A DNA stretch of 64,000 nt from contig JAITCU010000026.1 in assembly GCA_031282835.1 (NCBI GenBank), positions 23 to 64,022 of the forward strand, given 5' to 3'. The notes beneath the pieces were generated by a model, which saw only the letters and a list, made by a program, of their open reading frames with translations, made no database searches and was not told where the DNA came from. Below, piece after piece: positions 49,688-60,398 of this stretch. The translations under genes and the position numbers were made by a program. Every line of letters begins with the position of its first letter. Position 1 is the first letter of the stretch. Origin of the DNA: Puniceicoccales bacterium. Its GTDB lineage: Bacteria > Verrucomicrobiota > Verrucomicrobiia > Opitutales > JAIRLM01.

Positions 49688-50467
49688 TCAATGGGCTATG
49701 CCGCGCGAACTAACGCCATAAAAATCCAATACGGGCCGTTTAATTTTTTCGGCTACCTGATCCTCGCTTTCGATGGCACTTATGGCATCGGCAACATTCA
49801 AATTGTTTTCGTATAAAATTTTAAACAGATGGCGTACCTGGGTGATTTCGTCCTCCGTAAATCCATTGCGCTGCAACCCAATTTTATTGTACGCTCGAAT
49901 GCGCGCGCGGTTTCCCTCGGCAATCATGTACGGTGGCAGGTCCTGCACGAGGGCGGAACCACCGGCAAGCATGGCATAGGCCCCAACCTTGCAAAATTGA
50001 TGAATGGCGGAAGCCCCACCGATGTTGGCATAGGAGTCAATTTGCACATGACCGCCCAAAACTGCCTGGCTGCTGATGATGATATGATTCCCAAGCGTGC
50101 ACTCATGGGCAACGTGGGCATAGGCAAAAATATGATTATCGTCACCGATGGTCGTTGCTACTCCTTCAAAGGTTGCACAGTGGACGCTGGCAAATTCGCG
50201 AAAGGTGTTGCGGCTACCGATGCGAAGGGGGGGATCTCCGCCGCGATATTTCAAATCCTGCGTTTTTCCGCCTACCATGGCAAAGGGAAAAATTTCATTT
50301 TCATTTCCGAGCATCGAGTTGCCTTGGACCGTCCCATGGTGGTGGATAAGGCACCCATCTCCCATGACCACATGGGCGCCGATGAAGGCATAGGCTCCAA
50401 CCTCAACCCCATCCCCGAGCTGCGCACCGGATTCTATGATCGCCGTCGGATGGATTTTTTTTGCCAT
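49688..50467 (-). CDS. lpxA: UDP-N-acetylglucosamine O-acyltransferase
   Basis: IHPTAII, hexapeptide repeats, QDLKY, HVAHEC, IHQFC. Confidence 0.96.
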   Translation of the reverse strand: MAKKIHPTAIIESGAQLGDGVEVGAYAFIGAHVVMGDGCLIHHHGTVQGNSMLGNENEIFPFAMVGGKTQDLKYRGGDPPLRIGSRNTFREFASVHCATFEGVATTIGDDNHIFAYAHVAHECTLGNHIIISSQAVLGGHVQIDSYANIGGASAIHQFCKVGAYAMLAGGSALVQDLPPYMIAEGNRARIRAYNKIGLQRNGFTEDEITQVRHLFKILYENNLNVADAISAIESEDQVAEKIKRPVLDFYGVSSRGIAH

Positions 50468-50510
50468 GGCCTTCCACGCTGGAACAAAGGAGACGTGACT
50501 CAAGTCCAAT

Positions 50511-51509
50511 TCAAATCAACCAGCGCACCAGGGCGGTCCCAAAGGTCATTCCCCCACCGAAAGTGGCAAACATTAGGAGATCATTCTGAGCGAAACGCCC
50601 TTGGCGATAGGCCTCATCGAAGGCGACCCCAGCCGATCCGGCGGACATGTTCCCCGTTCGATGGAGGATGACGATAAATTTTTCAACGGGAATGGCAGAT
50701 GCTTCTGCAACGGCTTCGATTATGCGCATATTGGCCTGGTGGGGAATGAAATGTTGCACATCCGCCAACTCGATTTGATTGCGAGAGAGGATATCTTTTA
50801 GGGAAATTCCCATTCCGCGGACGGCGATTTTAAAGACCTCCCGCCCATTCATTTTCAAATAATGCAGGCGATTTTTAACGGTTTCCTCGGACGCGGGGTG
50901 GCGGGATCCACCGCCCGGTTGGAATAAGATGTCACCGCCTTTTCCGTCCGCCCGCAGGAGAGTGTCAACGAGCACCGCCCGGGCTCCGGATGCGTCCGTG
51001 CTGAGGACCATCGCACTGGCGCCGTCGCCAAAAAGCACACACGTGCTACGGTCCTGCCAATCGGTGATGGAGGTCAATTTATCGGAGGCGATGACGAGGA
51101 TGTTTTTGTAGCTCCCCAATTGGAGCAACCCGGCAGCAACTTCCATGCAATAGACCAACGCGGAGCACCCGGCTTCGATGTCCATGCATGGACAGGTGGA
51201 GATTTCTAAATTCTTTTGGACGATGCATGCCGTCGCCGGGAAGGCCATGTCAAAGGTAACGCTGCAAACCAGAATACAGTCGACCTCCTGGGGCGACATC
51301 TTTGCATCCCCCAGCGCTCGTCGAGCGGCCTGCGTGGCCATGTCCGAGGTAAATTCGTCCTCCGCGGCGATGTGCCGTTCCCGAATTCCCGTGCGGGTAA
51401 CAATCCACTCGTCGCTCGTATCAACCATGGCTTCCAGGTCGCGATTGGTTAACACGCGCTCCGGCAGATAAGAACCAATTCCGCGGATAAAGACTTTTTT
51501 TGAGGCCAT
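50511..51509 (-). CDS. fabH: 3-oxoacyl-ACP synthase III
   Basis: DTSDEWI..RTGI, AGCS, LFGDGA, PHQAN, GNMS. Confidence 0.96.
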   Translation of the reverse strand: MASKKVFIRGIGSYLPERVLTNRDLEAMVDTSDEWIVTRTGIRERHIAAEDEFTSDMATQAARRALGDAKMSPQEVDCILVCSVTFDMAFPATACIVQKNLEISTCPCMDIEAGCSALVYCMEVAAGLLQLGSYKNILVIASDKLTSITDWQDRSTCVLFGDGASAMVLSTDASGARAVLVDTLLRADGKGGDILFQPGGGSRHPASEETVKNRLHYLKMNGREVFKIAVRGMGISLKDILSRNQIELADVQHFIPHQANMRIIEAVAEASAIPVEKFIVILHRTGNMSAGSAGVAFDEAYRQGRFAQNDLLMFATFGGGMTFGTALVRWLI

Positions 51510-52567
51510 TAAATTTTCTCCGATCCGGTTAATATCTTTTCCGCACGTGCGATGTCACGCTCCAATTGACTGGAGGATTCGCCGCGAGCGAAGCGAGCGG
51601 CAATGGTGATGGCATGCTCGATGGCCTCGCTGTCGCTGGAGCCGTGGGCCTTGAACACGGGCTTGGTTAATCCCAGGAGGGGAGCTCCGCCGTAGCGCTT
51701 CGCGTTCAATTTGCTGCCAATGTTTCGGATGGCGCCGCGAAGGAAAAGACATCCGAAGATTCGCAGGATATTTCCAAGCAATTCCTTCTTCAAATAGACC
51801 TTCAGCTGGCTTACCAGGCCTTCCATGGCCTTCAATAGGACATTACCAACAAATCCATCACAAACAACCACATCCACGTCCCCGGAAAAGAGCTGGAATC
51901 CTTCCACAAGGCCAACGTAGCGGATGATACCATCCAACGCCTTTAAATTTTCGTGGGTCTCCTGCACCAGCCCGGTGCCCTTGCCTTCTTCGGTTCCGAT
52001 GGAGAGCAGCCCCACGCGAGGCGAGTGAAGGCCTATGGCCGTGCGACAATAGTGCGAGCCCAGCAGGGCATTTTGCACCAACTGGCGAACCGTCGGATCC
52101 GGGTTGGCGCCGACGTCCAAGAGGACAAACCGACTCCCCAAGGCAGGGATAACTGTACCCAGGGCCGGGCGCTCCAAATGGGCCATGGGCCGCAAGCGAA
52201 TGGTTCCCAGGGCCACCAGCGCCCCCGTATTTCCGCAGCTCAGGACCGCATCCGCCTCTCCTCTCTGCACGAGCTCAATGGCGCGCACCATGGACGCATC
52301 CTTCTTGTGGCGAATAGCCTTCGTGGGAGACTCGTCCATTCCGATTGTTTCTCCGGCGTGAAATACGGTCAACAGGGTCCGGAACGGGGCAAATCGCCGC
52401 CCATTAACAATCGGATCCAAAACTGCCCGATCCCCAATGGCGATAACCCGTACGCAGTCGCGCCTGGGGCGTCTAAAAAAGCGGTAAATGCCCTCAAGCA
52501 CTTCCTCCGCCCCTCGGTCCGACCCCATCACATCGACAGCAAGGACAACCTGCTCGTCAGCGTGCAT
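51509..52567 (-). CDS. plsX: Phosphate acyltransferase
   Basis: AVDVMGSD, GNTGAL, LDVGAN, DGFVGNV.LK, YGGAPLLG, HGSS. Confidence 0.96.
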   Translation of the reverse strand: MHADEQVVLAVDVMGSDRGAEEVLEGIYRFFRRPRRDCVRVIAIGDRAVLDPIVNGRRFAPFRTLLTVFHAGETIGMDESPTKAIRHKKDASMVRAIELVQRGEADAVLSCGNTGALVALGTIRLRPMAHLERPALGTVIPALGSRFVLLDVGANPDPTVRQLVQNALLGSHYCRTAIGLHSPRVGLLSIGTEEGKGTGLVQETHENLKALDGIIRYVGLVEGFQLFSGDVDVVVCDGFVGNVLLKAMEGLVSQLKVYLKKELLGNILRIFGCLFLRGAIRNIGSKLNAKRYGGAPLLGLTKPVFKAHGSSDSEAIEHAITIAARFARGESSSQLERDIARAEKILTGSEKI

Positions 52568-52584
52568 TTTGATTTAAAAATTCG

Positions 52585-52758
52585 TTACTCCACCTCAATG
52601 ACCTGACGCCCCCGGTACATCCCGGTGGTCGGATTGACGTGGTGCGGCATGAAAAGCGTCCCATCCCGCTCCTTGGACAGTTGTGGCGCCGAAAAGCGAT
52701 GGGCTCCGCGTCGTTTGTGACTGCGCTGCTTTGAGTTTTTACGTTTTGGCTGAGCCAT
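52585..52758 (-). CDS. rpmF: 50S ribosomal protein L32 (57 aa, Cys-free; absent from ORF track)
   Basis: MAQPKRKNSKQRSHKRRG...PHHVNPTTGMYRGRQVIEVE*; canonical position before plsX. Confidence 0.93.
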   Translation of the reverse strand: MAQPKRKNSKQRSHKRRGAHRFSAPQLSKERDGTLFMPHHVNPTTGMYRGRQVIEVE

Positions 52759-52884
52759 GGCAGATCCTTAAAATTGGCCGTAGGCTGGAACATATACATC
52801 CGTTGGGCAAGCAAATTCATAAAAATTTTCACCTCCCATAGGCGTGAAGGCCTCTTCGCACTCCATCGAAGAAACTCAAAAACA

Positions 52885-52922
52885 CCCCGATGGAAAAAGT
52901 ATGCGAGTTGCAAAACTCGCAT
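52885..52922 (-). terminator. Probable valS terminator abutting a family-B half-site
   Basis: Hairpin atgcgagtt/aactcgcat (52901-52922) followed on the minus strand by ACTTTTTCCATCGGGG. Confidence 0.5.
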
Positions 52923-52975
52923 AAACATCGCTATCCTAAGCGCCTGTACATGCTGAATTTTTTTATATGAGAGAT

Positions 52976-55630
52976 TCATTTTAAAGACCCTATGAATTTT
53001 CGTAATTTGCCGAGTTTGCCACGATTTTCCGCCAGAAGAGCCTTTGCGCCAGCAATGACCTTCTCCGGTGCGTGAGCGAGAAAATCTTTGTTATTTAGCT
53101 TTGCTTCGTTACTGGCGATGCCTCGCTCCAGGGCTTCGATTTCCTTGGATAAACGTTCCCGCTCCCGGTCGTGGTCAATGATATCGGGCACGTCCACGGC
53201 GAAGGTCCCCCAGGGCGTTAGTGTCGCTGGACGTCCTTGCAGGGAATCCACAGCGATTAATTTCTCAAATCCACACAGGGCGCACAAAATCGGAAGATAT
53301 TTTTCGATAGCGGCTTCCCTATTTTCTGAGTAATAATAGGCGTGCAATCGCGTCTGAGACGCCATGCCAAGGGAAGATTTATGGGCGCGAATGGCAGAAA
53401 CGGCCGCCCGCAATTCCGCAACCATAACAATGTTTTCGGACAAAACGGGAGTAATTCTTCGCAGTTGTTCGGCGGTTTGCAGGGGAAAGTTTTGGATGAA
53501 TTTTTCCTCATCGTCATAGCCCAGGGCGTGCCAAAGTTCCTGTGCGATAAAGGGCACGAAGGGCTGGAGAAGTTGTAAATAGTGGCGCAAAATTGTGTCC
53601 TGCAGGGTTAAGATATGCGCCCGTTGGGATTCCTCCTGACGCATGCGGATTTTACATACCTCCACATACCAGTCGCAGTAGTCGTCGCGGAAAAATTTCT
53701 CCAACCGCTGTACGGCGCCGTGGAACTCGTATTGGCCGAAAGCGAATTCCAATTGCTCAGTTAAATCAATGAGACTTTGCAGAATGGCTTCGTCTTCCGC
53801 GGCCATAGAGCCCAAGTTGGGTGTATGCGGCTTTTCCAATTTTCCCTGCAGGATTCGAAATCGGCACGCGTTCCAAAGTTTAGTGCAAAGATTACGCCCC
53901 TGCTCCATGCGCACACCGTCGAAGAGCACATCCTGCCCCTGGGGCGCGATGGAAAGCAGGCCAAAGCGTACGCCATCGGCTCCGTACTGGGCAATGAGAT
54001 CCAACGGTTCCGGAGAATTTCCAAGGCTTTTGGACATCTTCCGCCCCTGGGCGTCGCGGATTATTCCTGTGAAATACACCGCGCGGAAGGGGACGATTTG
54101 CGCCAGATCGCCTTCTAAAAAGGCCAGGGACATGATGATCATACGAGCGACCCAGAAGAAAATGATGTCGGGACCCGTGACTAACGTGGCCGTTGGGTAG
54201 AAAAAATCGAAATGGTGTCGCGCCATCGCTTCCTGGTCTGGCCATCCAAGCGTCCCCAAGGGCCAAAACGCCGAGGAGAACCAGGTATCCAGGACGTCGT
54301 TGTCTTGCTCCCAATTTTCCACGTCCGCTGGGCCATCCACGGAGACGTGCCAGTTGGCTGGGTCCTGCCGGTCGCAGCTCCGCCGGTACCACACGGGAAT
54401 GCGGTGGCCCCAAAGCAGTTGCCGACTGATGCACCAATCTTGGATGTTGTCCAGCCAATGCAGGTAAGTCTTTTCCCAGCGGCGGGGAAAGAATTGAATA
54501 GTCCCGCTTTGGACTGCCTCCTTAGCCCGTTCGATGCAGGGATAGCGGAGGAACCACTGCTCGGAAAGACGCGGCTCGATTGGGACGCCTGAGCGTTCGG
54601 AAATGCCCACGGAATGTTCGTAATCCTCCGCCGCCAAGAGCAATCCGCGTTCCTGGAGCATTTGTACCGCCTTTTCCCGCGCGGCTTCCCGGGTCAGGCC
54701 GCGTAATTCCGGTCCAGCCAGTTCGTTCAGCCGCCCGTCCAGGGTAATCACGTCGATGATGGTCAGTCCATGTCGCTGACCGATGGCAAAGTCTACGGCA
54801 TCGTGGGCCGGCGTAATTTTGAGGGCCCCCGTGCCGAAATCCCGTAGAACGGAACTGTCACCGATGATGGGAATCTCCGCCCCGGGAAAGGGCCTCCGGG
54901 CGTGCTTGCCAATAAGATGTTGATAGCGCGGATCTTCCGGATGCACCGCCACGGCCACGTCCCCGGGAATAGTTTCCGGACGGGTCGTGGAAATTTCGAT
55001 GAAGGTCCCAGGGGTTTCCACAATTTCGTAGCGCATGCGGTAAAGCTTGCCCTTTCGCGTCTGCATGAGCACCTCTTCGTCGCTCAACGCCGTTTGCGAC
55101 TTGGGACACCAATTGACCATGCGCCGTCCACGGTAGATGAGGCCACGTTTAAAGAGTTCTACGAAGCCCGTCAGAACCGTCCGCGAATAGGCCGTGTCGA
55201 GGGTGTGCACCTTTTTAGAAAAATCGCAAGATACGCCCAAATGTCTCAGCTGGTCGAGAATGATACCCCCATGCTCATCTCGCCAGCGGCAAGCATGGGC
55301 CAAAAACTCCTCCCGTGAGAGCTTCTTGGGATCGATGCCCTCCTTGAGAAGTTTTTTTTCCACAACGACTTGCAACGAAATGCCTGCATGGTCCGTCCCA
55401 GGTTGCCAGAAGACGCAATGGCCATTCTGTCGAGCTCGGCGAATGAGCACATCCTGTAGCGTATTATTGAGTAGGTGGCCCATGTGCAGCACGCCGGTGA
55501 CATTGGGCGGGGGAATTACGATCGCATAGCTTTTCCCCTTTGGATTTTCCGATCGGCGGAAACACCCCGATTTCTCCCAAAGTTCATACCAGCGGCGTTC
55601 GACTTCCTTAAAATGATATTCTTTTTCCAT
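52976..55630 (-). CDS. valS: Valyl-tRNA synthetase
   Basis: PPPNVTG.LHMGH, DWCISRQL.WGH, KMSKS, C-terminal coiled coil; start MEKEY at 55630. Confidence 0.98.
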   Translation of the reverse strand: MEKEYHFKEVERRWYELWEKSGCFRRSENPKGKSYAIVIPPPNVTGVLHMGHLLNNTLQDVLIRRARQNGHCVFWQPGTDHAGISLQVVVEKKLLKEGIDPKKLSREEFLAHACRWRDEHGGIILDQLRHLGVSCDFSKKVHTLDTAYSRTVLTGFVELFKRGLIYRGRRMVNWCPKSQTALSDEEVLMQTRKGKLYRMRYEIVETPGTFIEISTTRPETIPGDVAVAVHPEDPRYQHLIGKHARRPFPGAEIPIIGDSSVLRDFGTGALKITPAHDAVDFAIGQRHGLTIIDVITLDGRLNELAGPELRGLTREAAREKAVQMLQERGLLLAAEDYEHSVGISERSGVPIEPRLSEQWFLRYPCIERAKEAVQSGTIQFFPRRWEKTYLHWLDNIQDWCISRQLLWGHRIPVWYRRSCDRQDPANWHVSVDGPADVENWEQDNDVLDTWFSSAFWPLGTLGWPDQEAMARHHFDFFYPTATLVTGPDIIFFWVARMIIMSLAFLEGDLAQIVPFRAVYFTGIIRDAQGRKMSKSLGNSPEPLDLIAQYGADGVRFGLLSIAPQGQDVLFDGVRMEQGRNLCTKLWNACRFRILQGKLEKPHTPNLGSMAAEDEAILQSLIDLTEQLEFAFGQYEFHGAVQRLEKFFRDDYCDWYVEVCKIRMRQEESQRAHILTLQDTILRHYLQLLQPFVPFIAQELWHALGYDDEEKFIQNFPLQTAEQLRRITPVLSENIVMVAELRAAVSAIRAHKSSLGMASQTRLHAYYYSENREAAIEKYLPILCALCGFEKLIAVDSLQGRPATLTPWGTFAVDVPDIIDHDRERERLSKEIEALERGIASNEAKLNNKDFLAHAPEKVIAGAKALLAENRGKLGKLRKFIGSLK

Positions 55631-55687
55631 TGCAGTTAAACCCATTGATGGACATCCAGATGCGCAAATGCAAGGCAGGGATGCGCT

Positions 55688-55784
55688 AATCCAGAAGCCC
55701 GATTTTGTAGCCAGGGGTTGTCGCAATTTACGGATCCCCAAATATGAGGTCCGAAAAATCTCCACCGGCTAACTTTTTCAATCG
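55688..55784 (-). repeat. Degenerate family-B element upstream of valS
   Basis: Reverse complement cgattgaaaaagttagccggtggagattttt...tggctacaaaatcgggcttctggatt aligns with 17524-17630. Confidence 0.6.
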
Positions 55785-56123
55785 TCAAAATTCTTTAGCC
55801 GCCCCTATCACAGGGGGCGTTTATTTTGCCCATTCTACCTTCCATGTTTTTCTATTTTTGCTATAAATTTGAAACTCTGTTATTAGGCCGCAGCCCGCAT
55901 GTCCGACGACGCGTCTTCGTTTAATTAACCCTTAAAACCAGCGGAGCTAAGATATGACACTTGAGCCACACCCGCCCCGGCAGATTCACCACCGTTAAAA
56001 CCGTTACTACTGTACATGACTTGTATGCCATGGAACCCCCACGGCAAGTAAAAAGCGCAGATTACTGCGTGTCTTTCTGGTGATTTTTTCACGAAAGTCA
56101 AGAAGTTTTTCTGGAGAGCTATA

Positions 56124-56179
56124 CCCCGACGGAAAAAGTCCCTCACAGGCTTAACTGTGGAGGATTTTTTCCATCGGGG
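56124..56179. repeat. Family-B 56-bp palindrome, second copy
   Basis: ccccgacggaaaaagtccctcacag-gcttaa-ctgtggaggattttttccatcgggg. Confidence 0.88.
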
Positions 56180-56498
56180 GTGAAGTCCGCATGCTGGACC
56201 TGAATCATGGGAGAAATCCCAGTTATTTTCCTTGCAGACATCATCCCCCGCGATAGATAAACCAATCAATGCATCTTCTTGGGACATTGTAAAAAACACG
56301 AAGATGCAGCAAGATCTTCCTGGCGAGCCAATTAAAAATTCGTTCATGCCGGCCTTGATGTTAGGGTGATGTAAGCCTTTGTCTGCCATGCTCCACCGCT
56401 AACGCTGCAAAGTTTGGGGCGGCAAGGACTTATTTGACGACGCCCTCTAGTCGAGATTCTAACATTTTTACCTTGACAATTATGAAACGGTCCACCAG

Positions 56499-56999
56499 AT
56501 GGGCCGTGCTATGACGAATTTCGATTGGCTGAAAGGGATTCCATCGCTGGCAGCTGGAAGTAAGAGTGACGCTCCTCTAGCCGTGGATACTACCATTGAT
56601 GTTACTGGTATTACGGATGTCCGCTTGCTAAGAGCGCCGGCTGATCCAACAAAACCCTCGGTCTATTTAGTTAAGGATCAAGATGCACTTGGAAAATTAA
56701 CGAGTTCCATACAGGCGGGGCTTGTTAAAGGGGCGAACAAAACCAGGATTTCCTACATCATGCCAGGAAATTCCGGCATACAGACCGTTACGGTCAGGGC
56801 GTCACCGGATTTACCTTGGTATCTGGAACTAACCAAAAATCTTGTATCCGCGTTTCTCACCTCTGGCGCAGGTGCTTTGGCTTTGGCTATTACTTCCCTG
56901 GTCGTCGGGTCTCCCGTTACTCTGTGGATGTTCCTGGCATCTTTTGTGGCCCTCGTCCTCGGAATCGTCTTCCACGTTGCCTATTTGAAATTGGGGTAG
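56499..56999 (+). CDS. Hypothetical membrane protein with C-terminal hydrophobic hairpin
   Basis: Two adjacent TM segments; TTGACA at 56473 favours a start at 56511. Confidence 0.75.
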   Translation: MGRAMTNFDWLKGIPSLAAGSKSDAPLAVDTTIDVTGITDVRLLRAPADPTKPSVYLVKDQDALGKLTSSIQAGLVKGANKTRISYIMPGNSGIQTVTVRASPDLPWYLELTKNLVSAFLTSGAGALALAITSLVVGSPVTLWMFLASFVALVLGIVFHVAYLKLG

Positions 57000-57077
57000 T
57001 CTCTAGCTTGCACGCGACGATAATGTCGTTGGTTTGCCGTTGACAATATGCCCTTGCCGCATGGGCTGGTTTTCGTT

Positions 57078-57162
57078 GCTCGGGTGGTGAAATTGGCAGA
57101 CACGCTGTCTTCAGGCGGCAGTGCCGTGAGGCGTAAGGGTTCGAATCCCTTCTCGAGCACCA
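57078..57162 (+). tRNA. tRNA-Leu (anticodon CAG)
   Basis: GCTCGGG/CTCGAGC acceptor stem, CTGTC-TTCAGGC-GGCAG anticodon arm, long variable arm, TTCGAAT, encoded CCA; TTGACA at 57040. Confidence 0.97.
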
Positions 57163-57211
57163 GGTTTTGGGCTTTCGGCGTGTCGCAGGGTGTGCTCGTT
57201 GTATGTATCGC

Positions 57212-58219
57212 CTATAGGCGAAGCCTTGGATGGAAACGAGTGGGTGATTTTTCTCCGTGGTCCTCGTCGATCGCCGCGGCAAAAGCAATCATAGATGCGT
57301 TGTCTCCACAGTAGGGCTCGGGCGCGAGCAGTAATGGCAGATTTAAGTTTGTGCAAATTCTTTCCATTTGTTCGCGCAATATCCTATTTTGGGACACACC
57401 GCCGGAAAGCCCGATGCTCTTTGGTTTGAACTCTTTGGCAGCGTGGGCAATCTTTTCAACAAGTGCATCGCAAACAGCCTGCAAATAACTGGCACATAAA
57501 TCTGCCTTACGCCGCTCGATTTCATCTGGTTGCATTTTGCGCAACTGGTACAGCAGAGAGGTCTTGAGCCCGGAAAAACTGAATTTCATGATCGCTGGGG
57601 TAAATGCGCGGGGAAAGTTGTAAGCTTTTGGATCTCCCAAACGGGCCAACTCCTCCATGGGACTCCCTCCTGGGTAGGGCAGCCCAAGCATCCGAGCTCC
57701 CTTGTCCAATGCCTCACCAGCCGCGTCATCCACTGTTTTTGCAAGTATCTGGCTGTTAAAATTCTCATCCAAGGAAAACAGCAGCGTGTTGCCCCCGGAC
57801 GCTAAAAGGCCCAAGTGAGGAAACAGGCCTGACCGCGGTTGATTTTTCTGCCACAAGGGAATAAACGGCGACAGAGCGTGCCCTTTCAAGTGATTAATGC
57901 CCAGTAAGGGACGTCCATAAAAATCTGCCAGCTGGCGCGCCGCATCCAGCCCCGTACCTAACGCGCAAGCCAACCCGGGACCGTGGGTCACAGCAACCAA
58001 ATCTGGAACCGCAAAGGAGCTACTTTCTTCCCAACGCTTGATAAGCTCAGGCAACGCTTTCCGGTGCTCCCGCGAAGCCAACTCGGGGACGACCCCACCG
58101 AACTGACGATGGATTGCGGCCTGCGAACTTATAAATTCGTGCGTAAAGCGCCGGGACTCACCATCCAACACGGCCAAAGCGGACTCATCACAGGAACTTT
58201 CAATGGCCAAAACACACAT
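57212..58219 (-). CDS. tsaD: tRNA N6-adenosine threonylcarbamoyltransferase
   Basis: LAIESSCDE, GGVVPELASREH, NHLKGH, DDAAGEALDK, FSFSGLKT, DNASMI. Confidence 0.95.
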   Translation of the reverse strand: MCVLAIESSCDESALAVLDGESRRFTHEFISSQAAIHRQFGGVVPELASREHRKALPELIKRWEESSSFAVPDLVAVTHGPGLACALGTGLDAARQLADFYGRPLLGINHLKGHALSPFIPLWQKNQPRSGLFPHLGLLASGGNTLLFSLDENFNSQILAKTVDDAAGEALDKGARMLGLPYPGGSPMEELARLGDPKAYNFPRAFTPAIMKFSFSGLKTSLLYQLRKMQPDEIERRKADLCASYLQAVCDALVEKIAHAAKEFKPKSIGLSGGVSQNRILREQMERICTNLNLPLLLAPEPYCGDNASMIAFAAAIDEDHGEKSPTRFHPRLRL

Positions 58220-58225
58220 AGCCCC

Positions 58226-58327
58226 CTAAGTCCCCCACGTGCGCTTTTTATGCCGCGATGCGCGGGACTGCTTGCGTCGCTTGTGTTTATTCATCTTCAG
58301 TCGCCGCTTTTTCTTGAGGTTGCCCAT
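58226..58327 (-). CDS. bS22/mS38 (AURKAIP1/COX24-domain)-like small basic protein, 33 aa (absent from ORF track)
   Basis: [33 protein letters not shown] with an upstream AAGGA; matches the KKRR.KM.KHK.RK family motif. Confidence 0.85.
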   Translation of the reverse strand: MGNLKKKRRLKMNKHKRRKQSRASRHKKRTWGT

Positions 58328-58405
58328 GGTGCACTATCCTTCTCGGGGGAACACTCTCCTATGACCCGGTTTGTGTAAAGTTTTTTTTGAATCTTTTCCA
58401 ACGAT

Positions 58406-60241
58406 TCAACCTTTGTGGGTCTGCTGACGCCGCTTCCGAAAGCTGTCAAATCCTTCACCCTTTGGCGTTGGATTATTGCCAAAAAATCCGTGCAACTGGC
58501 GTATGCGTGTGGGATGACGCATTTTACGTAGCGCTTTGGCTTCGATTTGTCGGATGCGCTCCCGGGTGACGCTAAACAGTTGCCCAACCTCTTCCAGCGT
58601 ATGGCTATAACCGTCATCAAGCCCGAAGCGCATGGAAAGTACCTTTTGTTCGCGCTCCGAAAGAGAGCCCAGAATTTCACGAATTTTTTCCCTTAAGAGG
58701 CTGTTGGCGGCTATATTATGGGGATCGCCGGCGGATTTATCTTCGATAAAGTCCCCGAAACAGGAATCCTCGCCGTCTCCAACGGGACTCTGGAGGGAAA
58801 TGGGTTGTTGAGCCATCTTCATGATGCTCTGCACGCGTTCCACGGGCATACCCATTTCATTGGCCACCTCCTCCGGTGTTGGCTCGTGGCCCAATTCCTG
58901 GAGCAGCTGCTTTTGGGCCTGCATTACCCGATTGAGTGTTTCGATCATGTGCACAGGGATCCGTACCGTGCGTGCCTGGTCGGCGATGGAACGGGTGATG
59001 GCCTGGCGAATCCACCAGGTGGCATAGGTGGAAAATTTATAGCCGCGGCGGTACTCGAATTTTTCAACGGCTTTGATGAGGCCTATGTTTCCCTCCTGGA
59101 TAAGGTCCAAAAAGGACAGGCCGCGGTTAATATATTTTTTGGCAATGCTGATGACCAATCGCAAATTAGCCGCAACCATTTCCGTCTTCGCCGCATGAAG
59201 TGCCTTCATCTGCTTGCGAAAACCCTGCAAAACGTCGAAGAGTACGGCTGGCTCCGTGTGATATTCCTTGCGGAAATCTGCTAGGTCCTGCTCGACCTGC
59301 TTGAGTTCCTGTGGGCGAATGGGCCTTCGTTTGTCCAGCTCAAGCAAGTCCAAATCCCGGCGCAGGCGGCGCAATAGGGCGGCTTTGTCTGCCAGAAAGT
59401 CTTCAAAAAGCTTCATTTTGAAGCAGAAGCGCTTCAAAATCTGCTTCAGTTGCGTCTCAAAATTGCGCACGCGTAAGGCCAATTTGTCGCGCATTTCCGC
59501 GTCCGTGCATGTTTCCAGTTCGGCGGCGACCTCTTCGATTTTCTTCAGCAGTGTTTCGCTGTCCTGAATGAGCCGGGGCAATATCTGATAATACGCCTCG
59601 CGGCTCTCAATTTTTTTATCAAGAACGATTTGGTCAAAGCGCTCATCACGAAGGCTTAATTTGCGCGCGATATCTAGAAGATAATTTGCCGTGAATCGCA
59701 CGGAAAAAAGCTCGTCCTGCGCCTTTTGCTCCGCGGACTCAATGCGCTTGGAAATACTAATCTCCTGGTCTCGGGTGAGAAGGGGAACCTTCCCCATCTG
59801 TCGCAGGTAGGTGCGGACGGGGTCTTCGTTGGCGGTGGCCAACTGGTCTTCGTAGACTCGATGTTCCAGTCGCTCTTTATCTTCGCGCTCGTATTGAACG
59901 ATTTCATCCGAATCCAAGACCTGGATTTCCAGATTTTCCAGGATGTTGATAATATTTTCGATGTCAGTTTCTGAGACTTCTGTTTCTTCTCCCAGAGAGG
60001 CGTTGATGTCGTCGAAGGACACGTATCCCTGGCTTTTTGCGAGTTCCACCAAATCTTTGATGCGCTGCTGGGCAGCACTCATGGTGCCGGCGCCAGATCC
60101 CTCTGAGCCTGGCTTGAGCTTTTTTGCCAGTGCCGCTTCGTTCGATTTTGCTGTCGCCGCCGCCGACTTTAAAGCTTCCCTTGATGCACGAACGGGAGTG
60201 TGTGGTATTTCTTGGGTGCGGCGCTGCTCCTGATTAGGCAT
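58406..60241 (-). CDS. rpoD: Primary sigma factor RpoD
   Basis: Region 1.1, [49 protein letters not shown]; start uncertain. Confidence 0.97.
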   Translation of the reverse strand: MPNQEQRRTQEIPHTPVRASREALKSAAATAKSNEAALAKKLKPGSEGSGAGTMSAAQQRIKDLVELAKSQGYVSFDDINASLGEETEVSETDIENIINILENLEIQVLDSDEIVQYEREDKERLEHRVYEDQLATANEDPVRTYLRQMGKVPLLTRDQEISISKRIESAEQKAQDELFSVRFTANYLLDIARKLSLRDERFDQIVLDKKIESREAYYQILPRLIQDSETLLKKIEEVAAELETCTDAEMRDKLALRVRNFETQLKQILKRFCFKMKLFEDFLADKAALLRRLRRDLDLLELDKRRPIRPQELKQVEQDLADFRKEYHTEPAVLFDVLQGFRKQMKALHAAKTEMVAANLRLVISIAKKYINRGLSFLDLIQEGNIGLIKAVEKFEYRRGYKFSTYATWWIRQAITRSIADQARTVRIPVHMIETLNRVMQAQKQLLQELGHEPTPEEVANEMGMPVERVQSIMKMAQQPISLQSPVGDGEDSCFGDFIEDKSAGDPHNIAANSLLREKIREILGSLSEREQKVLSMRFGLDDGYSHTLEEVGQLFSVTRERIRQIEAKALRKMRHPTRIRQLHGFFGNNPTPKGEGFDSFRKRRQQTHKG

Positions 60242-60398
60242 GTTGGGCGTGATTTTGGGCGCATTTGAGAAATGGCAAGCCTTAGTTGCGGCTTTTGGCG
60301 GAGAAAATCGATGGGCGGTCAAGTTAACTTTTTAATAACAAACGACATGTGTTTGTCAATTGTTTTTTCTTGCTCGCACGCTGGGCGGGGAGGCGTCA

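Noticed and set aside
55630-55765. N-terminal extension of ValS or a T-box leader
   Set aside because: The extension reads through a family-B repeat and the promoter region; no T-box consensus was seen.
55925-56389. 154-aa ORF
   Set aside because: Runs across family-B repeat pieces, has no recognisable motifs, and is probably spurious.
57162-57212. tRNA-Leu as an integration site for an island
   Set aside because: No integrase and no duplicated tRNA 3' end were seen in the window; tsaD follows directly.
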